Source: Erysipelotrichaceae bacterium
GTDB taxonomy: Bacteria > Bacillota_I > Bacilli_A > RFN20 > CAG-826
Direction of reading: 5' to 3'
Assembly (NCBI GenBank): GCA_015059065.1
Contig: SVBE01000006.1
Span: forward strand, 4,412-68,411
DNA: 64,000 bases
Both the position numbers and the translations under genes were made by a program. Below are positions 17,407-27,680 of this stretch, in pieces (the first letter of the stretch is position 1; each line of letters begins with the position of its first letter). The notes under the pieces were generated by a model. It made no database searches and was not told the origin of the DNA. It saw only the letters and a list, made by a program, of their open reading frames with translations.

Positions 17407-19158
17407 TTATTGATGAAGTTTTAAATATAAGGCTTCCGCGACATCTTCTGGTAAGAGCTGAGAGAGCTCATGAATCGAGGCATTCTTCAATGTGTTAATG
17501 TCTGGATAAGCTTTTCTAATCTCTTCTTTCCTTTTCTCTCCTAATCCTTTGATATTATCAAGGATTGATTCCTTCATCTTCTTATCTCTTTTGCTTCTAT
17601 GGAAAGTGATCGCAAAGCGATGGACTTCATCTTGCATTCTTGTAAGAAGGAAGAATAAAGCTTTATTATCCAATGGATAAGTATTGCCATTAACATCGAT
17701 TAATCCTTCTGTTTGATGCTTATCGTTTTTATATAGACCAAAAACTGGAATATCGACTTCAATATCTTTTAAAGCTTCTGTGACTGCCTCAACTTGGATA
17801 AGACCACCATCCGCGAGGATTAAATCCGGATATTTCTTATTTTCTTTTTTACTTCTTCCATAATGACGGGTGATGACTTCTTTCATACTCGCGAGGTCAT
17901 CTCTGCTCTCCTCATGTTCAATGTTGAATTTACGGTAAAGCGATTTATGTGGTTCACCGTTCACAAATGCGACCATCGCCCCCACAGGCGCGAATCCTTG
18001 GATATGGGAATTATCAAATAATTCAATATGTAATGGGGTCTTTATTTTTAATAAAGAACCTAATTCTTCTAACATCGCAAGCTTATCATCGTCTAATCTC
18101 GCGGATAAGAAATATTCATCGATCGCATTGTTCGCATTATCGATGACAGAGACGACGAGGTCATGGATCTTACCCCTGCTTTTCGTCTCTACTTCGATAT
18201 CATAGATATCTTTAAGTTCTGAAGCGATATCTTCATCATTGATTACGATTTCCTTTGGTAAGGAATGATTATCATAATACTGTTCAATTAATTGAGTGAC
18301 TTGTTCTTGCACTTCACCAAACTGTTCGATAACCCATGATTTCTTTCCTAATAAAATTCCTCTTCTAAAAGTGAAGATCGCTAATGAGAGATAGCCTTCT
18401 CTAGTCGCATAGCCAAAGATATCTCTATCCGTCTTATCCTTATTTTCGACATTCTGATTCATGTTGATGTGCTCAATGGCTTCTAACGTCTTCTTATATT
18501 CATTAGCCATCTCATAATTCATCTCTTCGCTGGCTTTAAGCATCTTGCCTTTGATCTCTTGATATTGCTTAGAGTTATTGCCGTTTAAAAAACTCAGTAT
18601 TTCTTCTTTTAGTAGATTATTAGTAGTTTCATCAATTTTATTGATGCAAGGTGCAAGACATTGACCTAAATGATAATACAAACAAGGAGTTTTTGTTAGC
18701 GTTTTGCACTTTCTTACAGGAAAAATTTTATTAAGTAAGTCCACCATTTGATAGGCTGCTGTAGAGTTAGGAAAAGGACCGTAATAAGTATAGTTTCTGT
18801 CCTTGTTATTACGCTTGATTTGGATATAGACATCGCCTTTATTCTTAATCGCAATATAGGGATAATGACTATCATCCTTCAACATGATATTGAATCTTGG
18901 ATAATATTTATGAATTAAATTCATCTCCAAGACTAAAGCTTCTTTTTCATTCTCAGTGATGATCGTTTCAAAATGATCGGCTGTCTCCGCCATCTTGGCG
19001 ACTTTGCCGACTTGAGGTCTTAAAAAGTATTGGCTGACGCGCTTTTGTAAATCCTTGGCTTTGCCAACATAGATGATATTATCATCCGCGTCATGCATCA
19101 AATAGACGCCTGGCTTATGCTTAAGGTTTTCAATGCCGAGTTTAATTCTTTCTTTCAT
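17407..19158 (-). CDS. uvrC: Excinuclease ABC subunit C (UvrC)
   Basis: N-terminal GIY-YIG (PGVYLMHDADDNIIYVGKAKDLQKRVSQYF), UvrBC-interaction and RNaseH-like/HhH C-terminal regions; 583 aa. Confidence 0.9.
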   Translation of the reverse strand: MKERIKLGIENLKHKPGVYLMHDADDNIIYVGKAKDLQKRVSQYFLRPQVGKVAKMAETADHFETIITENEKEALVLEMNLIHKYYPRFNIMLKDDSHYPYIAIKNKGDVYIQIKRNNKDRNYTYYGPFPNSTAAYQMVDLLNKIFPVRKCKTLTKTPCLYYHLGQCLAPCINKIDETTNNLLKEEILSFLNGNNSKQYQEIKGKMLKASEEMNYEMANEYKKTLEAIEHINMNQNVENKDKTDRDIFGYATREGYLSLAIFTFRRGILLGKKSWVIEQFGEVQEQVTQLIEQYYDNHSLPKEIVINDEDIASELKDIYDIEVETKSRGKIHDLVVSVIDNANNAIDEYFLSARLDDDKLAMLEELGSLLKIKTPLHIELFDNSHIQGFAPVGAMVAFVNGEPHKSLYRKFNIEHEESRDDLASMKEVITRHYGRSKKENKKYPDLILADGGLIQVEAVTEALKDIEVDIPVFGLYKNDKHQTEGLIDVNGNTYPLDNKALFFLLTRMQDEVHRFAITFHRSKRDKKMKESILDNIKGLGEKRKEEIRKAYPDINTLKNASIHELSQLLPEDVAEALYLKLHQ

Positions 19159-21454
19159 TGAATATCACCACGGTCGCTCCCCCGCCGCCTTCATATCCAT
19201 CTGCAAGGCGATAGGTGAGATCTTTTTGTTTATCTAAATAGCTATGAACCATCTTTCTAAGAGCCCCGCTACCAAAGCCATGGATAATGCGCACCTTAGA
19301 CATGTGTTTATAACGACAGTTATCTAAATACATCATCAAGGCTTCTCTTCCTTCATCCGTATGCATGCCGATGATGTTTAATTCTATTGGAACTGACTTC
19401 ACATCGATTTCTACAGGCTTAGAGACTTTGATAACCGCGCGTTTTTCGCTTTTTTCGACCTTATGGAGACGATTTAGCTCCACTTCTAGGGAAATACCTG
19501 TATCGGATACGAAATGCGCCTTAGAGCCCTTAATTCTATCAACTTTGCCGTATAGTTCTAAAGATGGGATAGAGACCATATCGCCAACTTCAATCTTTTC
19601 ATTGAAGATTTCGCTTTCCTCTTTGTCTTCTAATTCTTCGACTTGTTTTTTGAGTTCTATCACTTCATTTAAAGAGAGATTGTTTTTGGACATCATTTTT
19701 ATGATGCGTGATAATTCTTCTTTCGTTTCATCGATAAGTTCTTGTTTCTCTTCTTTAACAGAGGACATCAAGTGTTCCCTTCTCTCCTTGAGAACCTTTT
19801 GGTCGTTCTGTAATTGTTTATACTGTCTATCGAATTCCGCTTTATCTTTTTTCAGTTGTTCTTCAATCTTTGAAGCGTTATCCACTTTCTTTTGTAAGGC
19901 GGATATTAGTTCATCGCTTTCTGATTTATTATTATCTAAAAGATAATTCTTTGCTTCTTGGATGATTTTATTATTGATGCCATACCTCTCTGCAACTTCC
20001 ATACCATAGCTTTTTCCAGGCGCGCCTAATTTAAAGCGATAAGTCGGAGAGAGATTATCTTCGTCAAAGAGCATCGAAGAGTTTTCAATCACTGGATGAG
20101 TCAGAGCGAATTCTTTTAAACCAGAGAAGTGAGATGAAATGAAACATAAAGCGTGGGAATCGATTAGATGTTTGCTCACTGCAATCGCGAGAGCCTCCCC
20201 TTCTCTTGGATCTGTTCCCGTGCCTAATTCATCGATTAAGACTAAGTCTTTCCCTCTCACCAGTTTAGTGATTTCACCGATTTGACTCATATGTGCAGAG
20301 AAAGTGGAAAGATTATCGGATAAAGATTGATTATCACCAATATCAATATAAATATTGTTGAAGTATCCAAGTTCTGCTTTAGAAGCTGGAAGGGCTAATC
20401 CACATTGATTCATAAGGACTAAGATGCCAATCGTCTTTAAAGAGACGGTTTTACCACCTGCGTTAGGACCAGAGATCACCACTAGCCGCTTCGCTTCATC
20501 GACATGATAGGAATTAGAGACCACTTTCTTTGGACTAATAAGTGGATGTCTCGCGCTTACTAAATCGAGATATTGTCCCTTTTTCATAACGGCGATAACA
20601 TCATTTTCTTGAAGGGCGTACTGGGCTTTACTAGAGACAAAGTCTAATTCACCAATAATCTTATTATTGTTAAGGATTTCTCCTTCTTGAAGGATGACGA
20701 GATTGGTGAGAGCTTTTAAGATCTTTCTCACCTCTTCGTTCTCTTCAATCTTTAAAGAGGTTATCTCGTTATTAAGAGTGATGATTTCCAGCGGTTCAAT
20801 AAAAGTTGTATTTCCGGTATCAGAGACATCATAGATAGCGCCTAAAACTTTGTTCTTATATGCTGTTTTTACTGGCAAGACGAAATGTCCGTCTCTAATC
20901 GTCGCATTTTCGTCGCTTAAATATTGGCTATAAGTATAGGCTAAAGAAGCGGCTTTTGAATTCAAAGAATTCTCGGCTTTTCTAATCTTGTTTCTGATTT
21001 CAAATAATCTATCGGAAGCTTGGTCATCAACAGTTAAAGAAGAGGTCACTACTCTTCTAATCTCTCTTTCAAGATTGGACAAGTCCACGAATCGAGATAT
21101 TTGTTCGTTGAGATATTTATAACTGAGGTTGATTTTGTTCTTAAAGATGACGAGTTCTTTGCTCGTGATCACATCATTCGCGATGAGATATAAATCTCGT
21201 GGGGATAATAGTCCTGTTTTCTTCGCGATGGAGATGAGCTTTAATGTATCGACTGAACTACTGATGGGAAGAGGTCCGAAACGGAAAGTGATTTCCATGA
21301 TCTCTTCAAGTTCCCCTAATGACCGTTTCACTTCTTCATAAGAAGAAAGCATGCGTAAAGAAAGAACCTTCTCCTTGCCAATTTCACTTTTTGAGAACTC
21401 GCTTATCGAAGAGAGGATCTTGTCGAATTCAAATGTGGAATATATATCTTGCAT
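19142..21454 (-). CDS. mutS2: Endonuclease MutS2 (MutS domain + C-terminal Smr domain)
   Basis: Walker A GPNAGGKTV, MutS ABC ATPase core, coiled-coil linker, and C-terminal Smr (LNIIGMHTDEGREAL...IIHGFGSGALRK). Confidence 0.9.
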   Translation of the reverse strand: MQDIYSTFEFDKILSSISEFSKSEIGKEKVLSLRMLSSYEEVKRSLGELEEIMEITFRFGPLPISSSVDTLKLISIAKKTGLLSPRDLYLIANDVITSKELVIFKNKINLSYKYLNEQISRFVDLSNLEREIRRVVTSSLTVDDQASDRLFEIRNKIRKAENSLNSKAASLAYTYSQYLSDENATIRDGHFVLPVKTAYKNKVLGAIYDVSDTGNTTFIEPLEIITLNNEITSLKIEENEEVRKILKALTNLVILQEGEILNNNKIIGELDFVSSKAQYALQENDVIAVMKKGQYLDLVSARHPLISPKKVVSNSYHVDEAKRLVVISGPNAGGKTVSLKTIGILVLMNQCGLALPASKAELGYFNNIYIDIGDNQSLSDNLSTFSAHMSQIGEITKLVRGKDLVLIDELGTGTDPREGEALAIAVSKHLIDSHALCFISSHFSGLKEFALTHPVIENSSMLFDEDNLSPTYRFKLGAPGKSYGMEVAERYGINNKIIQEAKNYLLDNNKSESDELISALQKKVDNASKIEEQLKKDKAEFDRQYKQLQNDQKVLKERREHLMSSVKEEKQELIDETKEELSRIIKMMSKNNLSLNEVIELKKQVEELEDKEESEIFNEKIEVGDMVSIPSLELYGKVDRIKGSKAHFVSDTGISLEVELNRLHKVEKSEKRAVIKVSKPVEIDVKSVPIELNIIGMHTDEGREALMMYLDNCRYKHMSKVRIIHGFGSGALRKMVHSYLDKQKDLTYRLADGYEGGGGATVVIFNERKN

Positions 21455-22119
21455 TAATCTTGCTCGCGATAGACGTTATTTTGGAACTTGAATAAAGCAC
21501 GACTAACAGGATAAGAGAGGACACCAGTGATGCCCATTTCTAATAAGAAATTCCATCCCACTACCCCTAAGATGAGGAAGAGGAAAGCGTTATCATAACC
21601 TGCCGCACTATAATTCTCGGTCAAGAAGGAACGGAAGATTGTAGAACAGGATAAACAGAATAATCCGGTGTTCACAATCGGAACGAGGAATGAAGCGACT
21701 ACTCCACCCACTATTTTATGATTTTTAAATAATTTAAAAACTAAACCAGCCACTATTCCAGCAATCGTGCATTTGAGGAGACAAGTCAATAATGTGCCCC
21801 AAACTGAGATGGACATAAATAATGATAATGTCGCTGGAGCGAGAATCACTAATATGCCATTGCATAATCCTAAAAAACCACCCACTAACGGGCCATATAA
21901 TATCGCTCCAACCGCAATTGGTATCAAAGATAAGTTGATTGAAACTGGGCCAAGAGAAACATAATTACCGATGATTTGAAAAACAATCTCTAATGCTAGG
22001 AGAATGCCTGTGCTAGTAATAACCTTGATATTGTTCTTTCTAATAGCCGTTTCCACGTCTATTACAATAGCATAATACTTCACGGAATAACAACATTTTG
22101 CAAAAAATGATAACATCAA
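21454..22119 (-). CDS. ECF-transporter S component-like membrane protein (RibU-like; substrate unknown); start codon uncertain
   Basis: ~6 TM helices with motif PIAVGAILYGPLVGGFLG resembling ECF S components (AILIYGPLAGI in RibU). The annotated ATGATG start lacks an RBS and the first ~30 aa are atypical. Confidence 0.45.
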   Translation of the reverse strand: MMLSFFAKCCYSVKYYAIVIDVETAIRKNNIKVITSTGILLALEIVFQIIGNYVSLGPVSINLSLIPIAVGAILYGPLVGGFLGLCNGILVILAPATLSLFMSISVWGTLLTCLLKCTIAGIVAGLVFKLFKNHKIVGGVVASFLVPIVNTGLFCLSCSTIFRSFLTENYSAAGYDNAFLFLILGVVGWNFLLEMGITGVLSYPVSRALFKFQNNVYREQD

Positions 22120-22145
22120 TGATGTTTCTATGCAAAAATATAAGC

Positions 22146-23060
22146 ATGATTAGTATCAAAGTCACTCCCAATAAACTCTATGAAATCGCAGAGTATTACA
22201 AAGACTATTATGAACATGTCTCTGACAAGAACATTCTTTTTGTCGCTTTGAAAAATGGAGTGAGAATCACTGGTTATAATTCCAAGAAGACTTATCGCAA
22301 GGTTGTCTTTAACGGTGAAGGCTCTGCTGACGAAGTCAAGATTTGGGATGATGGCTCTTTAGAAGCTATTGAAGGCACTACTCCAAGCAAAGGTTGGGTC
22401 GATCTCGATGATCAAATCGGCAGCGATGAAGTCGGCGTTGGAGATTTCCTTTTACCGATGGTTGTCGTCGCCACTTATATTCAAAAGAAAGACATTCAAA
22501 AGCTTAAAAATCTCGGAGTTAATGATTCGAAGAAGTTGTCCGATGAAAAGATTAAAAATGTCGCGAAAAAGTTAATAACTTTTGTGGAATATTCTAAGCT
22601 CACTTTACCAAACGATAAATTTAACGAGATGATGGCTAAGCATGAGAATCTCAATTCCTTAAAAGCGAAGATGCATAACCGCGCTTTGCATAACCTCGTG
22701 ATCAAACACCCAGAAACCGTTGGTATCTATGTCGATGAATTCTGTTCCAAAGAGCTGTTTTATAAATATCTAAACGATGAAGGCGAACCACAAGTAAAAG
22801 ATATTTCTTTTAGAACAAAAGGAGAATCGCTCTTCCCCTGTGTCGCAGCCGCTTCTATCATCGCAAGATATTCCTTCCTTCTCGAAGTGGAAAAACTCAA
22901 TAAGAAATATGGAATGGACTTCCCATTAGGGACAAATGATAAAGTGAAAACATTCGCGAAGAAATTCATAAAAAAATACGGCTTAGAAGAATTCGATAAA
23001 ATCGCGAAGAAATCCTTCAAGACGTATGAAGAAGTCACTAATATTAATCTAAATGATTAA
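22146..23060 (+). CDS. rnhC: Ribonuclease HIII
   Basis: RNase HII/HIII catalytic motif IGSDEVGVGDFLLPMVVVATYI preceded by an ~80-aa N-terminal substrate-binding (TBP-like) region typical of RNase HIII. Start chosen at the internal Met (MISIKV...); the ORF track's longer version starts at 22098. Confidence 0.75.
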   Translation: MISIKVTPNKLYEIAEYYKDYYEHVSDKNILFVALKNGVRITGYNSKKTYRKVVFNGEGSADEVKIWDDGSLEAIEGTTPSKGWVDLDDQIGSDEVGVGDFLLPMVVVATYIQKKDIQKLKNLGVNDSKKLSDEKIKNVAKKLITFVEYSKLTLPNDKFNEMMAKHENLNSLKAKMHNRALHNLVIKHPETVGIYVDEFCSKELFYKYLNDEGEPQVKDISFRTKGESLFPCVAAASIIARYSFLLEVEKLNKKYGMDFPLGTNDKVKTFAKKFIKKYGLEEFDKIAKKSFKTYEEVTNINLND

Positions 23061-23949
23061 TAATGTTAGTAAAATAATCAGGAAGTGGTATTTCAAAATC
23101 CATTTCCTTTTTTGTTATCGGATGAGTTAAATGAAGTTTATAGGCCACGAGCAATTGACCTTTATCATATAAAGAAGTTGCATTCTTTTTGTTATATAGA
23201 GGGTCCCCTTCCACTGGATGACCGATATGCGCCATATGGACTCTGATTTGATGAGTGCGGCCTGTTTCAAGTGAACACTCTATAAGAGTGTGTTCTTTAA
23301 ATCTTTTAATCACTGTGAAGAAAGTCCTTGCAGGTTTACCGTTAAGAGGGTCCACTGCCATCTTCTTTCTATCCCCACGACTTCTACCGATTGGTAAATC
23401 TATTTCGCCTTGTTTCTCTTTGATGACACCTTTAACTAAAGCCATATATTTTCTCGACATGGAATGATCTTTAAGTTGTTCGCTTAATCCTTCATGCGCT
23501 TCATCATTCTTTGCTATGCAAAGCAAACCAGAAGTATCCTTGTCAATGCGGTGCACAATGCCAGGTCTTTTCACCCCGTTGATGCCGCTTAAATCATCAG
23601 TATGGGCGAGCACAGCGTTCACAAGAGTGTGCTCATAATGTCCAGGGGCAGGGTGCACGACTAGTCCTTGTGGTTTATTTATAACAAGAATGTCTTTATC
23701 TTCGTAAACAATCTCTAATGGGATATCTTCTTTATTCACTTCAAGCTCTTTTATTTCTGGAATATCGATTTCCACGACATCGTTAAGAGCGAGTTTATAA
23801 GAAGCTTTCGCGACTTTTCCGTTTACTAAACAACGCGATTCATCGATGAGCTTTCCAATATAGGTCCTAGAGAGATCGCTACGTAAAAAAACAAGTGCCT
23901 TATCAAGGCGCATGTCTTTTTGGTTTTCATCAATTATGTATTTATACAT
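23044..23949 (-). CDS. rluD: RluA/RluD-family 23S rRNA pseudouridine synthase (S4 domain + catalytic domain)
   Basis: S4-like N-terminus (RLDKALV..SR...KLI..G.V.VNGK) and catalytic motif HRIDKDTSGLLCIAKN. Confidence 0.85.
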   Translation of the reverse strand: MYKYIIDENQKDMRLDKALVFLRSDLSRTYIGKLIDESRCLVNGKVAKASYKLALNDVVEIDIPEIKELEVNKEDIPLEIVYEDKDILVINKPQGLVVHPAPGHYEHTLVNAVLAHTDDLSGINGVKRPGIVHRIDKDTSGLLCIAKNDEAHEGLSEQLKDHSMSRKYMALVKGVIKEKQGEIDLPIGRSRGDRKKMAVDPLNGKPARTFFTVIKRFKEHTLIECSLETGRTHQIRVHMAHIGHPVEGDPLYNKKNATSLYDKGQLLVAYKLHLTHPITKKEMDFEIPLPDYFTNIINHLD

Positions 23950-23971
23950 ATATCTACTAATTTATTACTAA

Positions 23972-24676
23972 CTATTTACTAGTCTCTTCAGCTGGTTGTT
24001 CTGGAGCAGTTCCTTCTTTCGGCTCCTCAACTTTCGCTTTTTCTTCTAAGGATTTTGCCTTTTCTGCTTCAATATTTTTTCTTATTGTCGCGTTTCTTTT
24101 ACGAGTATCTCTGACCTCTTCGATGATGAGCATGACCACTACCATGATGACACCGATCACTAGGCAGCTATCAGCGATATTGAAGTTATAAGCCCAGATG
24201 CCGAAGAAGTTAATCCAGTCCACAACACCGTTATGCTTGGCGCCTAGATATTCTGGAGTATAAGCGATTCTATCGATTAAGTTACCAATCGCACCCGCTA
24301 AGATGAGCATGATGCAAGCTTGATAATACATGGAGAGAGGCTTCTTATCTTTATATCTTTTAATATAAAAGAATAAAAGGGCCGCTGAGGCGATAACCGC
24401 GATGACGATATAAATGACACGGTTAACGATATAACCGGCCTCAGAATCGCCTGCAGAGAGGCCAAAAGCCGCTCCGGTATTGATCACATAATTAATCGCT
24501 AAGAAGTTTGGAATTAAAACGATGCCTTGATTAGAGGAACCGAGTATTGCGTCACGATTAGCGACGACGACGTTTTTAGTGACGATATCGATGACGAGCA
24601 ATAGCAATCCAAGCCAAATAAAGGATCTAAAGAACCAGACAAGTTTTTGTTTAATATTAAGGGATGATTCTTTCAT
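23972..24676 (-). CDS. lspA: Lipoprotein signal peptidase II (LspA) with extended charged C-terminal tail
   Basis: Conserved SPase II motifs NTGAAFG, GNLIDR and VVDW..F..FNIAD; 4 TM segments; ~40-aa Lys/Glu-rich C-terminal extension. Confidence 0.85.
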   Translation of the reverse strand: MKESSLNIKQKLVWFFRSFIWLGLLLLVIDIVTKNVVVANRDAILGSSNQGIVLIPNFLAINYVINTGAAFGLSAGDSEAGYIVNRVIYIVIAVIASAALLFFYIKRYKDKKPLSMYYQACIMLILAGAIGNLIDRIAYTPEYLGAKHNGVVDWINFFGIWAYNFNIADSCLVIGVIMVVVMLIIEEVRDTRKRNATIRKNIEAEKAKSLEEKAKVEEPKEGTAPEQPAEETSK

Positions 24677-27408
24677 TATCTGTCCTCCAAGACCTTTTTA
24701 CATCTTTTACAGATGTATGTACCATCTTCAACCACTTCTGCATCATCGGAATAATTCCAACATCTACCACACATATGTCCTTGGTGATGGATCACTTTGA
24801 TGTGGCTATATTGATAATCTTTATTCTCTTCACTATCACCTAAAGTGACACGAGAGACGACGCAGAGCTTCGCAAGAGTATCTAAATTAATGTTAGCAAA
24901 TGATTTGCTAATACTTAAGTCTTTAATTGATAAAGTGACATCCGCTTCTTGGCTAGAACCGATAATGGATGCGCTTCTCGCTTCTTCTAAAGCTTTTAAA
25001 ACATCGCTTCTAAGCTTGAGGATATTGCTATATTCTTCGCTTAAAGAAGCATCGAGGTCACCTTTAGTTGGATAATCATAAAGCTGCGCGTTTTCTTTTC
25101 TATTTCCTGGAAGATTCTTATTGAATTCATCCATGGTGAAAGGTAACACTGGATTTAACACTCTTAAGAGTGTTTCTGCCACTTTATAGATGACTGTTTG
25201 CACTTGATTACGACGTTTGGAGTTCTTCCCATCGCAGTACAAAGTATCTTTTGCGATATCTAAATAGAAGCTTGATAAATCAGAACTCATATAAGTCATC
25301 ACCGTGCTCATCGCTCCAGCAAAGTCATAATTATTGAAGCAGTCGATTACTGTGTTCACCACTTCTTGATTCTTATTTAATAAGCATCGATCGACGAGTT
25401 CGAGTTCTTCTTCTTGCTTAGATGGATCAAAATCCACTAAATTCCAAGAGATGAATTTAAGAGTATTTCTAATCTTGCGGTATTGTTCTGCCACTTGTTT
25501 GACTAAATTATCGCCTATACGAACATCCTGTTGATAATCAACAGTGGCAACCCAAAGTCTAAGGATATCCGCGCCATAAACGTTGGCAATCTTTGTTGGG
25601 TCGACACCATTTCCTTTGGATTTATGCATCTGTTCGCCGTGTTCATCAAGAACCCAACCATGGGTCACAACCGCTTTATATGGAGCAACGCCGTAGCAAG
25701 CCACGGAGACGATTAAGGAGGAGTTAAACCAACCACGATATTGGTCACTGCCTTCTAAATAGAGGTCACTTGGATAAGAAATGCCTCTATCGATTAAGCA
25801 ACCAGCGAAAGAGGAACCGGAGTCAAACCAGACATCCATGATATCCTTCTCTTTAGTGAATTCTCCATTAGGAGAATGGGCATTCTTATATCCTTCTGGG
25901 AGGAGGTCTTTAGCCTCTTTTTCATACCAGATATTAGAACCGTGTTCTTTAAATAATTTAACGATATGATCAAAGACTTCTTTTTCGATGATTGGGGTAC
26001 CATCTTCACAGTAGAAGATTGGGATTGGGACACCCCACGCTCTTTGACGGGAGATACACCAGTCACCACGATCTTTAATCATGTTGACCATTCTTGTTTC
26101 ACCCCAGGCTGGATACCATTTCACTTGATGGATTTGCTCTAAGAGTTTGGCTCTAATTGGTTCAATGGAGCAGAACCATTGATTAGTCGCTCTAAAGATT
26201 AATGGTTTTTTTGTTCTCCAGTCATGTGGATAGCTATGTGTAAATGTCGTATGCTTTAATAAAGCACCATGTTCTTTTAAGATATCTAAAACGATCGCAT
26301 TAGCGTCTTCATAGAATACACCAGCAAGTCTTTCGCCTGTATCTTCAGTTAAACGGCCTTTCTCGTCAACTGGACAATATGGTTTGATGTTATAAGCTAA
26401 ACAGACTTGATAGTCTTCCGCACCGTGTCCTGGAGCGGTATGGACTAAACCAGTACCAGCATCGTTAGTGACATGAGTGCCTACGAGCATATAAGAATCG
26501 CGATCATAGAATGGGTGTTTACAGACCACACCCTCGATATCTTTACCTTTGAACTCTTTTAAGAGTTTGATATCACCTAATTTCAATTCACTTTTTAAAT
26601 TATCTGCAAATTCTTTTAAGAATACCAATTTGCCTTTATTAGTTTCGTATTCGCCATATACAAAGTCTGGATGAGCAGAGATTGCTAAGTTCGCGGGTAA
26701 AGTCCATGGAGTAGTTGTCCAAATCACCACTCTCGCATCGTTATCGATGACGCCTTTACCGTCTCTTACAGGGAAAGCGACATAGATGGAATGAGAGAGA
26801 ACATCAGCATATTCGATTTCCGCTTCTGCTAAAGCAGATTCAGAGGATGGAGACCAATAAACTGGTTTTAATCCTTTATAGATCAAACCTTGAAGAGCCA
26901 TATTGGCGAAGCATTCGATTTGTTTGGCTTCCATTTCTTTTTGTAAAGTTAAATATGGATGAGCAAAATCGCCGACTAAGCCAAGTCTTCTAATTTGTTC
27001 TTTTTGTCTTTCCACCTGTTTTAAGGCGTATTCTTCACATTTCTTACGGAATTCTACGACTGGTGTTGTTTTGCGGTTCACGCCGCTTTTTGTCACTTGG
27101 TTTTCAATTGGTAAACCATGCGTATCCCAGCCGAACACAAATGGGGTATTATATCCATTCATATTCTTATATCTCACAACGATATCCTTAAGGATACGGT
27201 TGAGCATATGTCCGCAGTGCATATCACCATTCGCATATGGTGGGCCATCATGGAGAACGAATTCTTTAGCTTCTTTACGATTAACATTCATCATCTCGTA
27301 AAGATTGATGTCTCCCCAGGCTTTAACAAGAACAGGTTCTTTAACATTGAGATTGCCTCTCATTTCAAAATTGCTCTTGTTCATTAATAATGTGTCTTTG
27401 TAGTCCAT
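24676..27408 (-). CDS. ileS: Isoleucyl-tRNA synthetase
   Basis: Class I HIGH (PYANGDMHCGH) and KMSKS (KSKGN) motifs; editing domain; C-terminal Zn-binding CxxC...CxxC; 910 aa. Confidence 0.95.
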   Translation of the reverse strand: MDYKDTLLMNKSNFEMRGNLNVKEPVLVKAWGDINLYEMMNVNRKEAKEFVLHDGPPYANGDMHCGHMLNRILKDIVVRYKNMNGYNTPFVFGWDTHGLPIENQVTKSGVNRKTTPVVEFRKKCEEYALKQVERQKEQIRRLGLVGDFAHPYLTLQKEMEAKQIECFANMALQGLIYKGLKPVYWSPSSESALAEAEIEYADVLSHSIYVAFPVRDGKGVIDNDARVVIWTTTPWTLPANLAISAHPDFVYGEYETNKGKLVFLKEFADNLKSELKLGDIKLLKEFKGKDIEGVVCKHPFYDRDSYMLVGTHVTNDAGTGLVHTAPGHGAEDYQVCLAYNIKPYCPVDEKGRLTEDTGERLAGVFYEDANAIVLDILKEHGALLKHTTFTHSYPHDWRTKKPLIFRATNQWFCSIEPIRAKLLEQIHQVKWYPAWGETRMVNMIKDRGDWCISRQRAWGVPIPIFYCEDGTPIIEKEVFDHIVKLFKEHGSNIWYEKEAKDLLPEGYKNAHSPNGEFTKEKDIMDVWFDSGSSFAGCLIDRGISYPSDLYLEGSDQYRGWFNSSLIVSVACYGVAPYKAVVTHGWVLDEHGEQMHKSKGNGVDPTKIANVYGADILRLWVATVDYQQDVRIGDNLVKQVAEQYRKIRNTLKFISWNLVDFDPSKQEEELELVDRCLLNKNQEVVNTVIDCFNNYDFAGAMSTVMTYMSSDLSSFYLDIAKDTLYCDGKNSKRRNQVQTVIYKVAETLLRVLNPVLPFTMDEFNKNLPGNRKENAQLYDYPTKGDLDASLSEEYSNILKLRSDVLKALEEARSASIIGSSQEADVTLSIKDLSISKSFANINLDTLAKLCVVSRVTLGDSEENKDYQYSHIKVIHHQGHMCGRCWNYSDDAEVVEDGTYICKRCKKVLEDR

Positions 27409-27419
27409 AACGACCTCCT

Positions 27420-27660
27420 ATAATATAAAAGCGTCCTAATCTAAGGACGCCATCAGCGCGGTACCACCTTAGTTCTAGACTCTGTCTAGCGCTTCATTTG
27501 TTAATATCGTTTAACATCGACGGAGGCTTACTATTAGTTCAGCACTCATACAAAGAAGGGATACCATCTTTCTCATATTGTTAACCTCACACCATCGTTA
27601 ACTCGCTAGGAATAGAGGAGAAGGATGACTTGTCTTCTAGGACCTTAATATTCTACTAAA
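27420..27660 (-). promoter_or_regulatory. T-box riboswitch leader upstream of ileS
   Basis: Minus strand contains the T-box consensus AAGGTGGTACCGCG (plus-strand cgcggtaccacc at 27457..27468), followed by terminator hairpin gcgtccttagattaggacgc + TTTTAT (plus 27431..27450) just before the ileS start. Confidence 0.8.
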
Positions 27661-27680
27661 ATATTAATATTTCACAATAA

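Noticed and set aside
17196-17498. Plus-strand ORF (100 aa) spanning the tRNA-Arg locus
   Set aside because: It overlaps a clear tRNA gene and the 3' end of uvrC on the opposite strand; translation is low-complexity, so it is spurious.
22098-22145. Longer N-terminal extension of rnhC (MQKMITSMMFLCKNIS...) overlapping the divergent ECF S-component start
   Set aside because: The extension is hydrophobic/low-complexity, unlike RNase HIII N-termini, and would overlap the opposite-strand gene start; the internal Met (22146) is preferred. The true ECF-gene start itself remains uncertain.
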